Assembly: GCF_009914755.1 (NCBI RefSeq)
Contig: NC_060933.1
Source of the DNA: the human T2T-CHM13v2.0 reference genome, Homo sapiens
Length of the DNA: 64,000 nucleotides
Strand: one strand, 5' to 3'
The notes under the pieces were generated by a model. The model had not been told where the DNA came from. It searched no databases and worked only from the letters and a program-made list of their open reading frames with translations. Below are positions 1 through 32,058 of this stretch, piece by piece (within the stretch, counting starts at the first letter, position 1; the number at the start of each line of letters is the position of its first letter). Made by a program: the position numbers and the translations under genes.

Positions 1-540
1 GAAGATCTCGCGACGTTTCAGTGTGAGACGCGCACCTTTGAGGCGGGTCGAAGATCCTTCTGCCGAATTCTATTGATGGGCCCAAGCGTAACCAGGCTCT
101 TCTGATTGGCCGGTGTACTTCAGTTTCCGTCCAAGGTCCGCCTCCTACCTCCTTCTGCTTCGGGTGAGTAGCCTTAAGGGCCCACTTGATTTTAGTTCTC
201 AGTGGAGGAAATGAGCCTTGGAGCGATGGGAATCTGCCTCTGGCAAACCTCTGGTCGCTGCAGGGCCGGAGAGGGATGCGCCCTCCTCTAAGTTGGCAGT
301 GAGGTGTGGGCAGGCCAGGTCCCATCCGCTCTCAGGACCTCAGTTTTCCTGTCTGCACCGGGAGAAGGGAGGTTCCCTGACTCTGAGCCTTGCTTGTCCC
401 CGTCCGAGTGGGGATAGGGTGGGTCGTCCAAATCCCAGAGGCGGGAGAGGTCCAGGTTTAGGGCCCAGAGGCCCAGGCGCCGAACCTTCCCCTCCCTGGG
501 CCTCAGTTTCACTTGTTGCTACCCATTAAACCCCGCCTGC
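1..540. promoter_or_regulatory. NUDT2: CpG-rich NUDT2 promoter / exon 1 region (KIF24 is recalled as the divergent neighbour just left of the window)
   Basis: High CpG density; TCTCGCGA (BANP-type motif) at 6-13; CTGATTGGCC (NF-Y CCAAT box, reverse) at 102-111; donor CGG|GTGAGT at 163/164. KIF24 adjacency is recalled, not visible here. Confidence 0.8.
100..163 (+). other. NUDT2: NUDT2 non-coding exon 1 (5' end approximate)
   Basis: Consensus donor GTGAGT at 164-169 within the CpG-rich promoter. Confidence 0.7.
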
Positions 541-685
541 TTTCCAAAAGAGATTTTATGTTTTCTAATTGCTTCAGTTATTGAATGGATAATATCGTGG
601 CAGTTATAGCAGAAGTAAAGAAAGTCGAACAAGAGCCCCACCGCCTTAAACAAACAAACAAAAAAGGGACAGCGTAAACAATGCA

Positions 686-1635
<950 letters not shown>

Positions 1636-3908
1636 TTAAGGGAAAAAAGGTAATTCTTACTAATAAGGAAACAAATCCATTCTTCAAAAGATAAATTATT
1701 TTTCTAGTTTCTATATTAAAAGGAATTTATGCTGTGGGACCTTATAAGGAATATATATACTGTGGTGAACAGTGTTGAGCAGTTTAACAGACAAGATGAA
1801 AAGTCATTTCTTTAAAACAGAGAAGCTTTTTGATGATCTTTTATGACACACGGGTAACAGTAACTCATATATTTAGTACCTCTGATAATGTCAGACCCTC
1901 TATATATGTCATTTATAAACTCCACAACAACCATGCAAAGTAGGTGTTAACTTCATTTTACAAATGAGGAAGTTAAGTATCTTGCTCTAAGTATCTTGCT
2001 CTATTAACTTCAATAGCTAGGCCTTTCTGACTGCATAGACAGCCATGCTTTTCTGTGTTTCTGACTAAAGGAGGATGAAAATGCTTGGAATACCAGACAG
2101 ATGCAGGGGCAGGTTGGACAGCTTGACTTACCTAAATTGGAGGGAATGTGAGCTGCAGAGGTACCTATGGTAGGAGCAATATCTTGCTCTAATAGAAAAT
2201 TTTCACCGTGGTCTTGGTAGAGAAGGGAGGAGAAAAAAATTGTTTTAATAAAAATAATTTTAAAAAAGTAAATTCCCACCTTGGGAAATGAAGAGATAGG
2301 ATGAGATGATCACTGAACTTTAGACCCATCTGTTCATTTATCTTATGGATAGACTATAGCACTTCAAATTCAACTTGTCCCAAACAAATGCTTCACTTGC
2401 ACCCCCTCCTCCACCCAGGCACTCAAACCAAAGCCTTTCTCTTTCCCTTGGCTTATGAAACATCTCTCTGTCCCTTAGACAATGAAATATCACTATTGTC
2501 CATTTTACTTTGAAATATCTCTCAGATTCATCCCTTCCTTTCCTTTCTCACAGCCTCTGCCTTGATCTAACTGGAATCATTTGTTAACTGGTCTGTTGCA
2601 ATAGACTTGTAACTGGTTAATCTCTCTGCCTCCAATCTGTCCTAATTCGTTCCCCAGCTTGCTTGCAGCTAGAATATCTTTGTAAAATGTCAGTCTGACC
2701 AAATTATACCCTTGCCTAAAACCAGTCAGAGGCTTCATTGCCTACAGAATATAAACTAAGCTGTTTACCAATGAGATGTCATTTTGTGCTTGAGGGTGTT
2801 GCCCACACTCCTCCCTTTGCTGGCAGTGCCTTGCATCCGCCTCCCTTCTGCCTGGTAAACTAGTGACCCATCAGAATCCTTATGGGGTACCTTGTTAACC
2901 TAAAGATGCTTCTTTGCTGCCTTTCCATCTTACGTTGCACAAAACACCCTGTAACTTGTCTGTTGGAATGTCTTCCACTTTCACTAGCCTGTAAATCTCT
3001 AGGAAGTTGGTGCTTGGTAGTATTCAGCTTCATATCTATCTGTCAATCCTTCACACTGTCTGTCGCATGGGATACGCACAACAGACAAATTCCCCGAGTT
3101 AGCTTTCTAGAATTGTACAGCAGATGGCACTAATAGGCTGCTTAACAAATCCCCTTCACTAAGAATGATTTTTGTCCCAACCTTGTCTGACTTTGGCCTT
3201 ATCCTAGAAGCCAATATTTATGCCATTACAGGTAAAATCTCCTGTTTCCTCCCTCAGCCAATAGCAAAAATAACAAAATGACTCAGCAGCTTCGTCTCTG
3301 CAAGAATGGAGTGGCAGATGTCCAGGGAAAGGTGCATTTGAGGGAATATTTTCTTTGTCTCAATTTATTCATGGTAGTTGGGGCTTTTCTTTTGCATTTC
3401 TTTCTTTTTTCTTCTCTTCCATTTGTTATTGTTCTTACAAGAAAGAGCTTTACTCATGGGTGGGTGCCTCATTTCTGTCCACTCCAAAAGGGAAGAAAGA
3501 AACTGGCAAATTGGAAAAAAGATGATGATGATGTGGGAGGTGAGGGAGTAGTCACATAGAATTGCAGTCACATAGAATTGCTTGTGGGCAGGCAAACAGT
3601 TGGCTTTCCTCCTCATCTGGAGGAGGGTCTGGGCAAATTTTCTGGACACTAGTGCCCTAAGTTAAGTGGAACATGTGGTTTTAGGTTCCTACTTCCCAGA
3701 AAAGAGCAGAGGAGGCATAGAAACCCTTTTGAGATGGGTGCTATTAGGAGCCTGAGGCTACATTTTACCCCTCCTTCAGAGTCTTCTTCGGATACCAGGA
3801 TTTAACATCTACGGCCCTCTCCCCCCAACTAAAACCTTTTTGGTGGAAATGATCCCAGCTAGACATCTTAACCTCCAAAGGAATATAGATTAAAGACTGG
3901 GAATTTGG

Positions 3909-4207
3909 GGCCAGGCACAGTAGATTGCACCTGTAATCCCAGCACTTTGGGAGGCCAAAGTGGGAAGGTCACTTAAGGCCAGGAGTTCAAGACTAGCTTG
4001 GTCAGCATAGCAAGACCCCATCTCTACAAAAAAAGTGTTTTTTAAATTTAGCCAGATGTGATGGCTCCTGCTTGTAGTCCTAGCTACCCAGGAGGCTAAG
4101 ACAGGAAAATTCCTTGAGCCCAGAAGGGATGCAGTGAGCTCTTGAGGCTGCAGTGAGCTGTGATCATACCATTGCCCTCCAGTCTGGATGACACAGAGAG
4201 ACATTGT

Positions 4208-4238
<31 letters not shown>
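3909..4238 (+). mobile_element. AluJ-like
   Basis: Alu dimer, A-tail, TSD aa(a/g)gactgggaattt. Confidence 0.9.
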
Positions 4239-4240
<2 letters not shown>

Positions 4241-5357
4241 ACTGGGAATTTTGAAACTGGAAATGATTTTATAAATCTTGTCTGTCCTCTCTCAGGGCCA
4301 TTTGTGTCCTAAGCCCTACTCTTTCATGGTGAACAGAGCTATGAAAGGGACAAAAATTATAGACTTTGGAGTTAGACTTACTTGGATTGAAATCCCATCC
4401 TTTACAGGCCAGCTATGCCCTTGTGCAAGTATTTTAACCTTTTGAAATAATATCAGTGTCCTTGTAAATTAGATATAATAATGCTTCTCTTGAAAGGTTG
4501 TTTTGAGCTTTAGAAACAATAGTTGTCAAAAGTCTTGCACAGTATAGCTGGCACAGTATATATAGATGCTTAATTGACAACGTGGCATGAAACACTGTTT
4601 CTGCTAAAGGGATATTAGAATATGGAGAACAGGTCAGAGGGAAAATTTGGAGAGCTCTTCCTGTACCTAAAGTTACATTTCTGAGGGCTTTTTACAGTTA
4701 CTCTGATTAATTTGATGAAAATATTGAAACAAACAGCATAGCCATGTATTTGTAAATTCTTTTTTTGGTACCTAGGTCCCGAACCTCCTAGGCTCTGAGG
4801 GAATTGTATTTATGGAGAAAGCCGAGAATATTTTTCCTTAGCTTCTAGAACCTTCTAATGACATTGAAGGTTTTTTTGTTCAGGTTTTTTCTAACCACCT
4901 CAGGCACTCTGCCACTTTTTTGAAGTGTGAATTGCCTGCTGTCAGCCTGGAGTTCTCACCTCCGCAATCCTGGCTGCAGGCATATTTGCATATTGGATGC
5001 TGTGTTCCTTAACCCCCTGAGGTTTGAATCCACTTGGAGTCTGTGTGTGAAAGCTGGCTACTTTCAAACCCATGAACAGTTTCAGCTTTGTGGTCTCCAG
5101 AAAAACAGAAAACCCCCAACAATAGTTCCATTCACTTTTATGTAAATGGCACTCTTCAGGAAAACACTGGGCTATTTCCCAGGGCCCCAGAACATACTCA
5201 AACATTTGTTTGAGTGGGAGGTGGGGAGAGAGTTCTTTTGAGTCAATGAACATCTGTTCAGAACTGCTGTGCTGGGTCCCAAGAAAACAGAGCTTATAAT
5301 CTGTCTCTTCCCTGCCAGAGGTACCAGCAGAGATTTACTATACTAGGTATATGTGCT

Positions 5358-6030
5358 TGTGGTGGCATTGTACTGTGTCAGTTTAGCTAAGCTGGATTCC
5401 CAGTATCCTTCCTATCTGCTTCCAGGTGAGGGTTGTCCACAAGAAAATTTCGTGAGAGATTTGGAAAGCTGAATTGAAGTAGCAGCCAGTACACTGTGAA
5501 GGACAGAGCAGGGTCTGTACGCTGTGAAGGACAGAGCAGGGTACCAGGCATAGTGGCAGTACCTGTACTTTCTCTCTGATCTGGCTCACCTTGTCGGTGA
5601 AGGTCATCACACAGCCCCCAGCACCCCTAGCTCCTACTGAATTTCCTCCTTCAGCTCCTCTGAGTCCTGGGCCATGTGTGCAGTCAGCTCTGTAGCAGAG
5701 GGCTCCGGCTTCTCCAGATCACCTGAGTCACTGAGCTTGGGACCAGTGAAAGGAAGTTGTGGGTTTCAGTTTGTCCTCATGAGTTCCAGTTGTCCTTGTA
5801 GATCCCAGTTTGTTCTCAGAGGTTCCAGTTTGTCTTTGTTCTCTTCCACCTCACATCCAGTTTTCTTCCCAACTGCTGGCCTCACAGACTTCGGGCCCAA
5901 CACCAGGTGCAGAGGCAGCAGAGTTGCATGGATTTATCCACCAACTTCCAAAGATACACAGTGTCTACTCCTTATAATAAATCTTTAGTTTTCTGTCACT
6001 CATAGCGTTTGCTTCCCTGATTGAACTTTA
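5358..6030 (+). mobile_element. Ancient ERVL solo LTR (LTR33-like)
   Basis: TGTGGTGG...TGTGTCAGTTTAGCTAAGCTGG start; AATAAA and GCTTCCCTGATTGAAC near the end. Confidence 0.55.
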
Positions 6031-6563
6031 AATTTGTTCAAGCCGTGTTAAGGATGCAGAGCATGGAAGTGATTAGAAGCCAGAAAGCTTCACAGAGGAG
6101 GTGACATCTGAGCTGCTTCTGACGAGTAGGAGGTTGTGTGTATAGAGTGGGTAGGAGGAATTCTAGAGAATAGCTGGCTCAAGCCAAGCAATTGAAAGAG
6201 CAGTGAGGAGTTCTGTATTTCTAGAAGAACTGTTCTTTCCATGGGTCCAGAATATAGATGGAGAATGAGCATCTGATCCTAGCTCTTCTGGCGCCATTGA
6301 GATTAACTGTTAGCTGATGTGGTTCTTAGATGTGGTCATCCCTAATACACTGGCATCCACTGAAATACATTCTTGCTAGGGTACACCCTTGTCACTACCC
6401 TAAGATTCCTCCCCCACCCCACCGCTGCTTTCCTCTCCCCAGTGGTTCCATGTGGCTAACCCAGGCTTGTCTTTCTTGGCTCCCCATGCAGGCATCTTTG
6501 CTTGTCCATGTTGTGTTGATGGTGGCAGTGGTATGGAGTTCCTGTCTTAGGCAGGGCACTGTG

Positions 6564-6732
6564 CCCTCTAGTCTTGGATCCCTAAGCTTATTTAGGGGTT
6601 CTAACATTGATTCCATGGGACCTTCTAGTCTTGGATCCCTAAGCTTATTTAGGGGTTCTAACATTCATTCCATGGGACCCTCTAGTCTTGGATCCCTAAG
6701 CTTATTTAGGGGTTCTAACATTCCATGGGACC
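6564..6732. repeat. 57-bp tandem repeat, 3 copies
   Basis: Units at 6564, 6621, 6678: ccYtctagtcttggatccctaagcttatttaggggttctaacatt(n)ccatggga; seen as a 19-aa repeat in the ORF track. Confidence 0.97.
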
Positions 6733-6907
6733 TGAGGCAGGAGCAAGGTACCCCACATCTATAACTTTCTAATGCTTTTTGAGCATCTTTATAGGGAGGG
6801 CATGGGATCAGCTACCTGTTTCTGCCTCAACCATGGACCAATAATATGAGATCTTTGTTCACCAGTTCTACAGTGATGGGGTGCTTCCTTTTGGCTTCTG
6901 GAATGGG
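6710..6907 (+). other. NUDT2: Candidate NUDT2 non-coding leader exon (acceptor uncertain: 6710 or 6795)
   Basis: Perfect donor GG|GTAAGT at 6907/6908; possible acceptors cttatttAG (6709) and ctttatAG (6794). Confidence 0.5.
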
Positions 6908-7099
6908 GTAAGTTCTTGACATAAATAGGGAGTCCAGGAAAATAGAACAATGAAATAGAATAGAAAAATGAAAGCCTACCACTTTATATATGAATTTGTA
7001 AACTCAAACAGGGATTTCATTATACATGCTATTCAGAACTGTCTCCTTTTCATGTGTCTAAAAATTTTTCTTACAAGCAGTACATTAGGCTTGACCTAA

Positions 7100-9122
<2,023 letters not shown>

Positions 9123-9283
9123 TTACTCTCTGTAGATGACCTCTCTGCATTGTCAGAAACCACACTGCTGGGGGGTTCTGTGCTTCAGGGGCTCAGGATA
9201 TGGGCTGGGGGAAATGGGGTTACAGGTTTGACGATAAAACTTGTACTGCCTCTCTCCCATTCCCAACATCTCTCTTGTTTCAG

Positions 9284-9418
9284 TGCGTTTGCTTCTGAGG
9301 ATCTCCAGTGTCACAACAAACACATGCCAGCCCTGTTTTACAGGGAGCCCTGGAGGAGTTGGGATAGAGGCCACATTGACTGAGGGTAGTTGCCAGGGTC
9401 CTGCAGTTATACACAAAG
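9284..9418 (+). other. NUDT2: NUDT2 non-coding leader exon
   Basis: Long pyrimidine tract + tttcAG at 9283; donor AAG|GTCAGT at 9418/9419. Confidence 0.75.
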
Positions 9419-9601
9419 GTCAGTCTCTGATTCCTGGATGCCTTCCATTGGTCCTGGGCATGCTGCCTTTTTCTGTGGGCTATGAGATCACAGTTAGCTA
9501 GTCTGCATTACTGTCCATCACCAGATTGCTACCCCCCAGTATGGAGCTTCCTATTTTGTGTAACTTCCCAATATTCTGTATCTTCTTTGTTAAGTCCTTA
9601 G

Positions 9602-9817
<216 letters not shown>

Positions 9818-10131
9818 TAATTCCCAGTGACTGTGTAGCAAAAAGGGGTAGGGAAGGTAGGAGCTCTTGACCCTTTCTACATACAAGGTCTCCAGACCAG
9901 GCCAGAGTAGAGCTGAGAATTCTGTGACTGAATTCCAGGGTAGAAACAGCACCTGGTGTTTTTATGAGTATCATTCGCCAGCTCTCCAACCTCTGTGGTG
10001 AATGGCTGGGTAAGAGAAAAAACAGTGGGCAGGGAATTGGGGACCTTGAGGTTGACTGAGCTATGTGCCCACCTCTCAGCTTTGAGTTTTTCATCTGTCA
10101 AACAAGGGCTTGACTAGAAAATCCTGTTTTC

Positions 10132-13590
<3,459 letters not shown>

Positions 13591-13661
13591 TCTTGTCTGG
13601 AAAATCCAGCTTTGGGAACTTTGGAAGATTTCCTCCTCCTTTTCTTCCTCTTTTCTCCTAA

Positions 13662-13982
<321 letters not shown>

Positions 13983-14220
13983 GCTGACTGGAGCAGAGTC
14001 ATTTGCTTCAGCAGGATCCTTGTGGGCCTTCTAAGATGAAGCCACCCTCAGGTCCAGGGAAGGTTGTGCTGGTATTTGGCTCATGACAGCCAAGAGCAGA
14101 TTTGTGAAATCGGCTCAACTCCCAGGTGAGAGCAAGCAAAAATCTTGGCTGGGTGGAAAGGAAGGCAAAAGAGTAAAAATTAAAAAGGCCAGGCCCAGTA
14201 AGTGTACCTTGTACTTTATA

Positions 14221-14226
14221 AATAAA
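14221..14226 (+). terminator. NUDT2: NUDT2 poly(A) signal AATAAA
   Basis: AATAAA ~240 nt after the stop, with upstream TGTA and a downstream GT/T-rich element. Confidence 0.85.
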
Positions 14227-14616
14227 CCTCAAGCAGCTCAAGGTTGTCCTTCTAACCTGTTGTGTTTATTTCTTGGACTCTTGGCATTGGTGGAGAGAAG
14301 AAAGCTGAAGTGAATCAGAGTTCTGACCTTAACCAGAGGGAACTCTGTGTCCATACAGTATCCCCAGAGAACTTAAGAGCTAGGGATCCAAATGGAAGAG
14401 ACCCAGCACTGGCAGGATGGCTCTCTCGCCTCTGGAATGCCAAGCACACCCACCCCACCCCCACCAGGGGCCCTGAGACTTTGTGACCCATAGTCAGGAT
14501 TTCCAAGTGAGTGGGACTGGAGTGCAGGAATTGGGTCTGTCCTACTCACTAATATATCTTTCACCAGCAGCAGGCACATATGTTGTAAGTACTCAGTAAA
14601 TATTACCTTAAATAGG

Positions 14617-19799
<5,183 letters not shown>

Positions 19800-20357
19800 C
19801 TATCTCATGTGCACTGTGTCTCAGACACTCTCAAAGATCATCATTCTCAGACACACATGCTGAGGCAAAAGGCACAGGGCTGAGAGAAGCCATGTGGAGT
19901 GATGGTCTGGTGTTTATCTCTGGCTTTGTCACTACCTGGATACGTGATCTTGGGCAAGCTCTGAACCTCTCTGGACATTATTTTCCTCATTACAACAAGG
20001 GAGTTGGACAAGATGATCTCAATGGTTTCTTCCAGATCTGACAACCTGTAGGATTGGGTTTGAATTTTGACTCCTCAGATTACTGTGTAAAGATCAAAGC
20101 TCCGAAAGACGCTTCCTCTGTTTGATTATTCTGTTTTTCTAAGACACTCTAGTTTTCTAATTTGAAGTTCAAAGTGCTAAGTGTAAAGTTATTCAGTAAG
20201 TATTGCTTAGACTAGTATATAATTTAAAATACCTGAATACCCATTACCAGGGATTAATAAACTTTGACACATGCATGATATGAAATATTATGCAGCCATA
20301 AAAAAAAATAGGATGGTCCTTACATAGAACCTTTGTACCTATTAAAATTTAAATTTA

Positions 20358-24841
<4,484 letters not shown>

Positions 24842-25099
24842 TCACAATCAATTTTAGAACATTTTCATCATCCCCAAAGAAGAAAACTATACCTATTAGC
24901 AGCCACTCCTCATTTCCCCCAAACCTTTCCAGCTTCAACTTTTACATTCCCACCGGCAATGTATACAGGTTCCAATATCTTTATATCTGCACCAACATCT
25001 GTTATTATCTGTCTTTTTTATTATAGTCACTTTATTTGGTGTAAATTGGTATCCCATTGTGGTTTTGGTTTGCATTGTCTTAATGGCTAATTATTTTGA

Positions 25100-25377
<278 letters not shown>

Positions 25378-27114
25378 TGAGCACTGCACCCGGCCTATTG
25401 TGAGCATTTTTTCATGTACTTATTAGCCATTTGCTTGTCTTCTTAGGAGAAATGTCTAATCAAATCCTTTGCCTACTTTTAAGTTGGGTTATTTGTCCTT
25501 TTACTGTTGAGTTGCAAGAGTTCTTTATGTACTCTAGATTCAAATCCCTTATCAGATATATAAGTTGCAAAATTTTCTCCCATTCTGCAGACTATCTTTT
25601 TACTTTCTTGATGGTGTCCTTTGAAGCACAACAGTTTTTAATTTTAATGATGTTAAATTGGTCTGTTTTTTTCTGTTGTTGCTTGTATTTTATTGTCCCA
25701 TATAAGACACCAATGCCTAATATAAGGTCATGAAGATTTAGATGTATGTTTTCTTCTAAGAGTTTTATAGCTTTAGCTCTTACATTCATGTCTGTGATCC
25801 ATTGGAATTAATTTTTGTATATGATGTGAGGTAGAGGATCCAGCTTTGTATTTTTTTTAATGTGAATACAGTATTCAGTTGTCTTGGCATCAGTTGTTGA
25901 AAAGACAATTCTTTCCTCCATTGAAGTGTCTAGGCACCCTTGCCAAAATTCATTTGACCATGAATGTGAAGATTTGTTTCTGGGCGCCCAATTCTGTTCC
26001 ATTGCACTATATGTCTATCCTTATGCCATTACCACACTGTCGTTTTATTTTATTTTATTTTATTTTATTTTATTTTAGAGATGGGTTCTTGCTATATTGC
26101 CCAGCTGGTCTCAAATTCCTGGGCTCAAGCTATTCTCTGACCTCAGCCTGCCAAGTAGCTGAGACTACAGGCCTGTGCCATTTTTGGTTTGTTCTTCACT
26201 AGTGTACAGAAATACAAATGACTTTCATATTTTTTTCCTGCAACACTGCTGAACTTGTTTATTAGTTCTAATGGCTTAGTTGTAGATTCCTTAGGACTTT
26301 CTAAATATAAGATCATATCATAAAGAGATAGTTTTACTTTTTCCTTTCCAAATTAGATTCCCTTTATTTCTTTTTCTTGCCTAATTGCCCTGGCTAGCAA
26401 ATCCAGTACAACCTTGAAAGTAAATGGTGAGAGTGACATTTTTATCTAGTTCTTGATGTTATGGGAAAAACTTTCAGTTTTTAACCATTAAGTATGATGT
26501 TAGCTGTGGGTTTTTTGTAGATACTGTTTATCAGATTGAGGAAGTTCCCATTTTATCCTGCTTTGTTGAGTGCTTTTTTTTAATCATGAAAAGGTGTTGG
26601 ATTTTGTCACTTTTTTTTCTTCATCTGAGATAATCATGTGTTTTTGTCTTTTACATGATCAATATGGGGTGTTACATTGATTGCTTTTGGATGTTGAACC
26701 AACCTTGCATTCCTGGGATAAATCCCACCTGGTCTTGGTGTATAATCCTTTTTTTATGCTGTTAGATTCAGTCAGTGTGCTAGTATTTTTTTTTTTTTTT
26801 TGAGATGGAGTCTCACTCTGTTGCCCAGGTTGAAGTGCAGTGGCATGATCTTGGCTCACTCTGCCTCTTGGATTCAAGCAACTCCCTGCCTTAGCCTCCC
26901 TAGTAGCTGGGATTACAGGCACCCACCACCATGCCCAGCTAATTTTTGTATTTTTAGTAGAGATGGGGTTTCACCATCTTGGCTAGGCTGGTCTTGAACT
27001 CCTAACCTCAGGTGATCCACCTGCTTCAGCCTCCCAAAGTGCTGGCATTACAGGCATGAGCCACCACGCCTGGCCTCAGTGTGCTAGTATTTTATTGAGG
27101 ATGGTTGCATCTAT

Positions 27115-27591
27115 ACCTGACACTTGAAAAACTTGGGGGTTGGGATGCCAAACCCCCACACTGTTGAAAATCCATGTATAACTTTTGACCCCCTCAAAAC
27201 TTAACTGTGGCTAGATTTACTTGAGTAAAAAATTTAAAAACTTAACTACTAATAGTGTACTGTTAACCAGAAGCCTTACTGATAACATAAACAGTTGATT
27301 GACACATATTTTGTATGTTATATGTATTATATACTATATTCTTACAATAAAGTAAGCTAGAGCAAAGAAAATGTTATTAAGAAAGTCATATGGCAGAGAA
27401 AATGGATTTATTATTTATTAAGTACAAATAGATAATCATAAAGGTCTTTGTCATCTTCATGTTGAGTAGGCTGGGGAGAAAGAGGAAGAGAAGGGGTTGG
27501 CCTTGCTGTCTCAGGGGTGGCAGAGGTGGAAGAAAATCTGCCTATAAGTGGACCTGCACAGTTCAAACCCATGTTGGTCAAGGGTCAACTG
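27115..27591 (-). mobile_element. Tigger2a/MER28-like DNA transposon MITE
   Basis: Terminus ...GGTCAAGGGTCAACTG with a degenerate inverted counterpart at 27115. Confidence 0.75.
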
Positions 27592-28254
27592 CATATTCAT
27601 AAAGGCTATTGGTTTGTAGTTTTCTTTCTTTGTGATGTCTTTGATTATGGTTATCAGGGTAATACTGACCTCATAGAATGAATTGAGAAGCGTACCCTCC
27701 CGTTCTATTTTTTGGAAGAGCTTAAAGTATTGGTGTAATTTTTCTTTAAATATTGATAGAATTCACCAGTGAACCCATCTGGTGTTTCTTTGTGAGAGTT
27801 TTTTAAATGGCTAATTTAATCTATTTACTTTTTATACATCTGTTCAGTTTTCTATTCCTTCTTCAGTCAGTTTCTGTAATTTGTGCCTTTCTAGGAATGT
27901 ATCCCTTTCATCTATTTTATCTAATTTGTTGGCATATACCTATTGATAGCATTGCCTTGTAATCCATTTTTATTTCTGTAAGGTTGGTACTAATGTCCCT
28001 TCTTTTGTTCCTAATTTTAGTAATTTGAGTCTCTCTTTCACTAATCAGCATAGCTAGAGGTTTATCAATTTTGTTAATCTTTTAAAAGAACCAACTTTTG
28101 TTCTTATTGATTTTTCCCTATTGTTTTCCTATACTCTATTTCATTTATTTACACTCTAGTCTTTATTATTTTCTTCTTTCTATTTGTTTTGGGATTTAAT
28201 TTGCTCTTCTTTTTCTAGTTTCTCAACATGGAAGCCTAGGTTATTGATTTGAAA

Positions 28255-28381
28255 TCTTTCTTCTTTTTCTTCATCTTCATCTTCGTCTTTGTCATCTCCA
28301 TCTCTGTCTCCATCTCCTTCTCCTTCTTCTTCCTTCCTCCTTCCTCTTTCCTGCTTCCTCCTTCCTCCTTCTTCCTTCTTC
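28255..28381. repeat. CT-rich low-complexity tract (degenerate tail of an antisense Alu monomer)
   Basis: (CTT/CCT/CAT)n; TSD tgaaatctttct at ~28250 and ~28495. Confidence 0.8.
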
Positions 28382-29891
28382 AATGGATTTTGTTATATTA
28401 TCCAAGATAGTATCGAATTTCTAGGCTGAAGTGATCTTCTAGCTCAGCCTCTGGAGTAGCTGGAATTACAGCCACATGCCACAGTGCCTGGCATGAAATC
28501 TTTCTTGTTAAAAAAAACTATATTCTTATTTTCCCCGGTATACAATACATATTAAGTATATTGCCATGCTATGTAATAGATCCACAGAACTAATTCATCT
28601 GTTCTAACTAAAACTTTGTACCCTTTGACCAACATCTCCCCATTCCTCCCAGCCTCTGGCAGTGAACATTCTACTCTCTGTATCTTGAGTATGACTTATT
28701 TTTAGACTCTACATATAAATGAGATCTTATAGTATTTGTCTTTCTGTGCCTAGCTTGTTTCACTTAACATGATGTCCTCCAAATTCATCCAATACAAATG
28801 ACAGTATTTCCTTCTTTTAAATGGCTGAGTAGCATTCCATTATATAAATATGCCACACTTTCTTTATCCATTCCTTTACTGGTGGATACTTAGGTTGATT
28901 CCATATCTTGCCTATTGTGAATAATGCTTCAGTGAACATAGGATTGTAGATATCTCTTCAACATACTGATTTCATTTCCTTTGGCTATATACCCAGAAGT
29001 GGGATTGCTGGATCATCTGGTAGTTCTATTTTTAACTTTTTAAGAAATCTTCATACTGTTTTCCATAATGTGTTTCTTCTTTTTTGTGATAGGTGTTTAC
29101 AGCTATAAATCTCCCTCTAAATACTGCTTTCACTGCCTTACATAAGTTTTAGTATATTTTCATTTTCACTTATCTTGAAGTATTTTTTCTTTTTTTTTTT
29201 TTTTTTTGAGATAGAGTCTCACTCTGTCGCCCAGGCTAGAGTGTAGTGGCATGATCACAGCTCACTGCAACCTCTGCTCCCCGGGTTCAAACAATTCTCT
29301 GCCTCAGCCTCCCGAGTAGCTGGAATTACAGGTGCCCACCACCATGCCTGGCTAATTTTTGTATTTTTAGTAGAGACAGGGTTTCACCATCTTGGCTAGG
29401 TTGGTCTTGAACTCCTGACCTCAGGTGATCCACCCGCGTCAGCCTCCCAAAGTGCTGGGATTACAGGCATGAGCCACCGCACCTGGCCTATCTCAAAGTA
29501 TTTTTAAATTTCTCTTGTGATTTATTCTCTGATCACTGGTTATTCAGGAGTCTGTTGTTTAAATTCCACACATTTGTTAATTTCTCCAACTTCCTTCTGT
29601 TATTAATTTCTAATTTTATTCCATTGTGACTATGGAATATACTTTGTATGATTTCAGTCCTTTTAAATGCATTGAGACTTGTTTTATGGAATAATAGATT
29701 ATCTACCTTGGAGAATGTTCCATGTGCTCTTGAGAAGAATATATATTCTGTTGTTGCTCATGGAGTATACTATAGATGTATTAGGTCTGGCTGGTTTGTA
29801 TTGTTCAAATATTCTATTTCCTTGTTGATCTTCTGTCTAGTTGTTCTATGTATTATTGAAAGTGGGGTACGGAAATCTCCAACTATTATTG

Positions 29892-31831
<1,940 letters not shown>

Positions 31832-31950
31832 TCCAATATTATTGTTATTTATATATATGTATATATATGTGTATATGTATGTATGTGTATGTATATATAT
31901 ATGTTTATGTATATATTTTTTTGTTTGTTTGTTTTTGTTTTTGTTTTTGA

Positions 31951-32058
<108 letters not shown>

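Noticed and set aside
6330-6764. 144-aa ORF with a 19-aa repeat; BamHI/HindIII/NcoI sites suggesting a polylinker or CRISPR-like array
   Set aside because: Head-to-tail units with no unique spacers, no cas or vector sequence; ORF openness follows from a 57-nt period
28180-28383. Acidic/charged 67-aa ORF
   Set aside because: Low-complexity Alu tail fused to an L1 remnant
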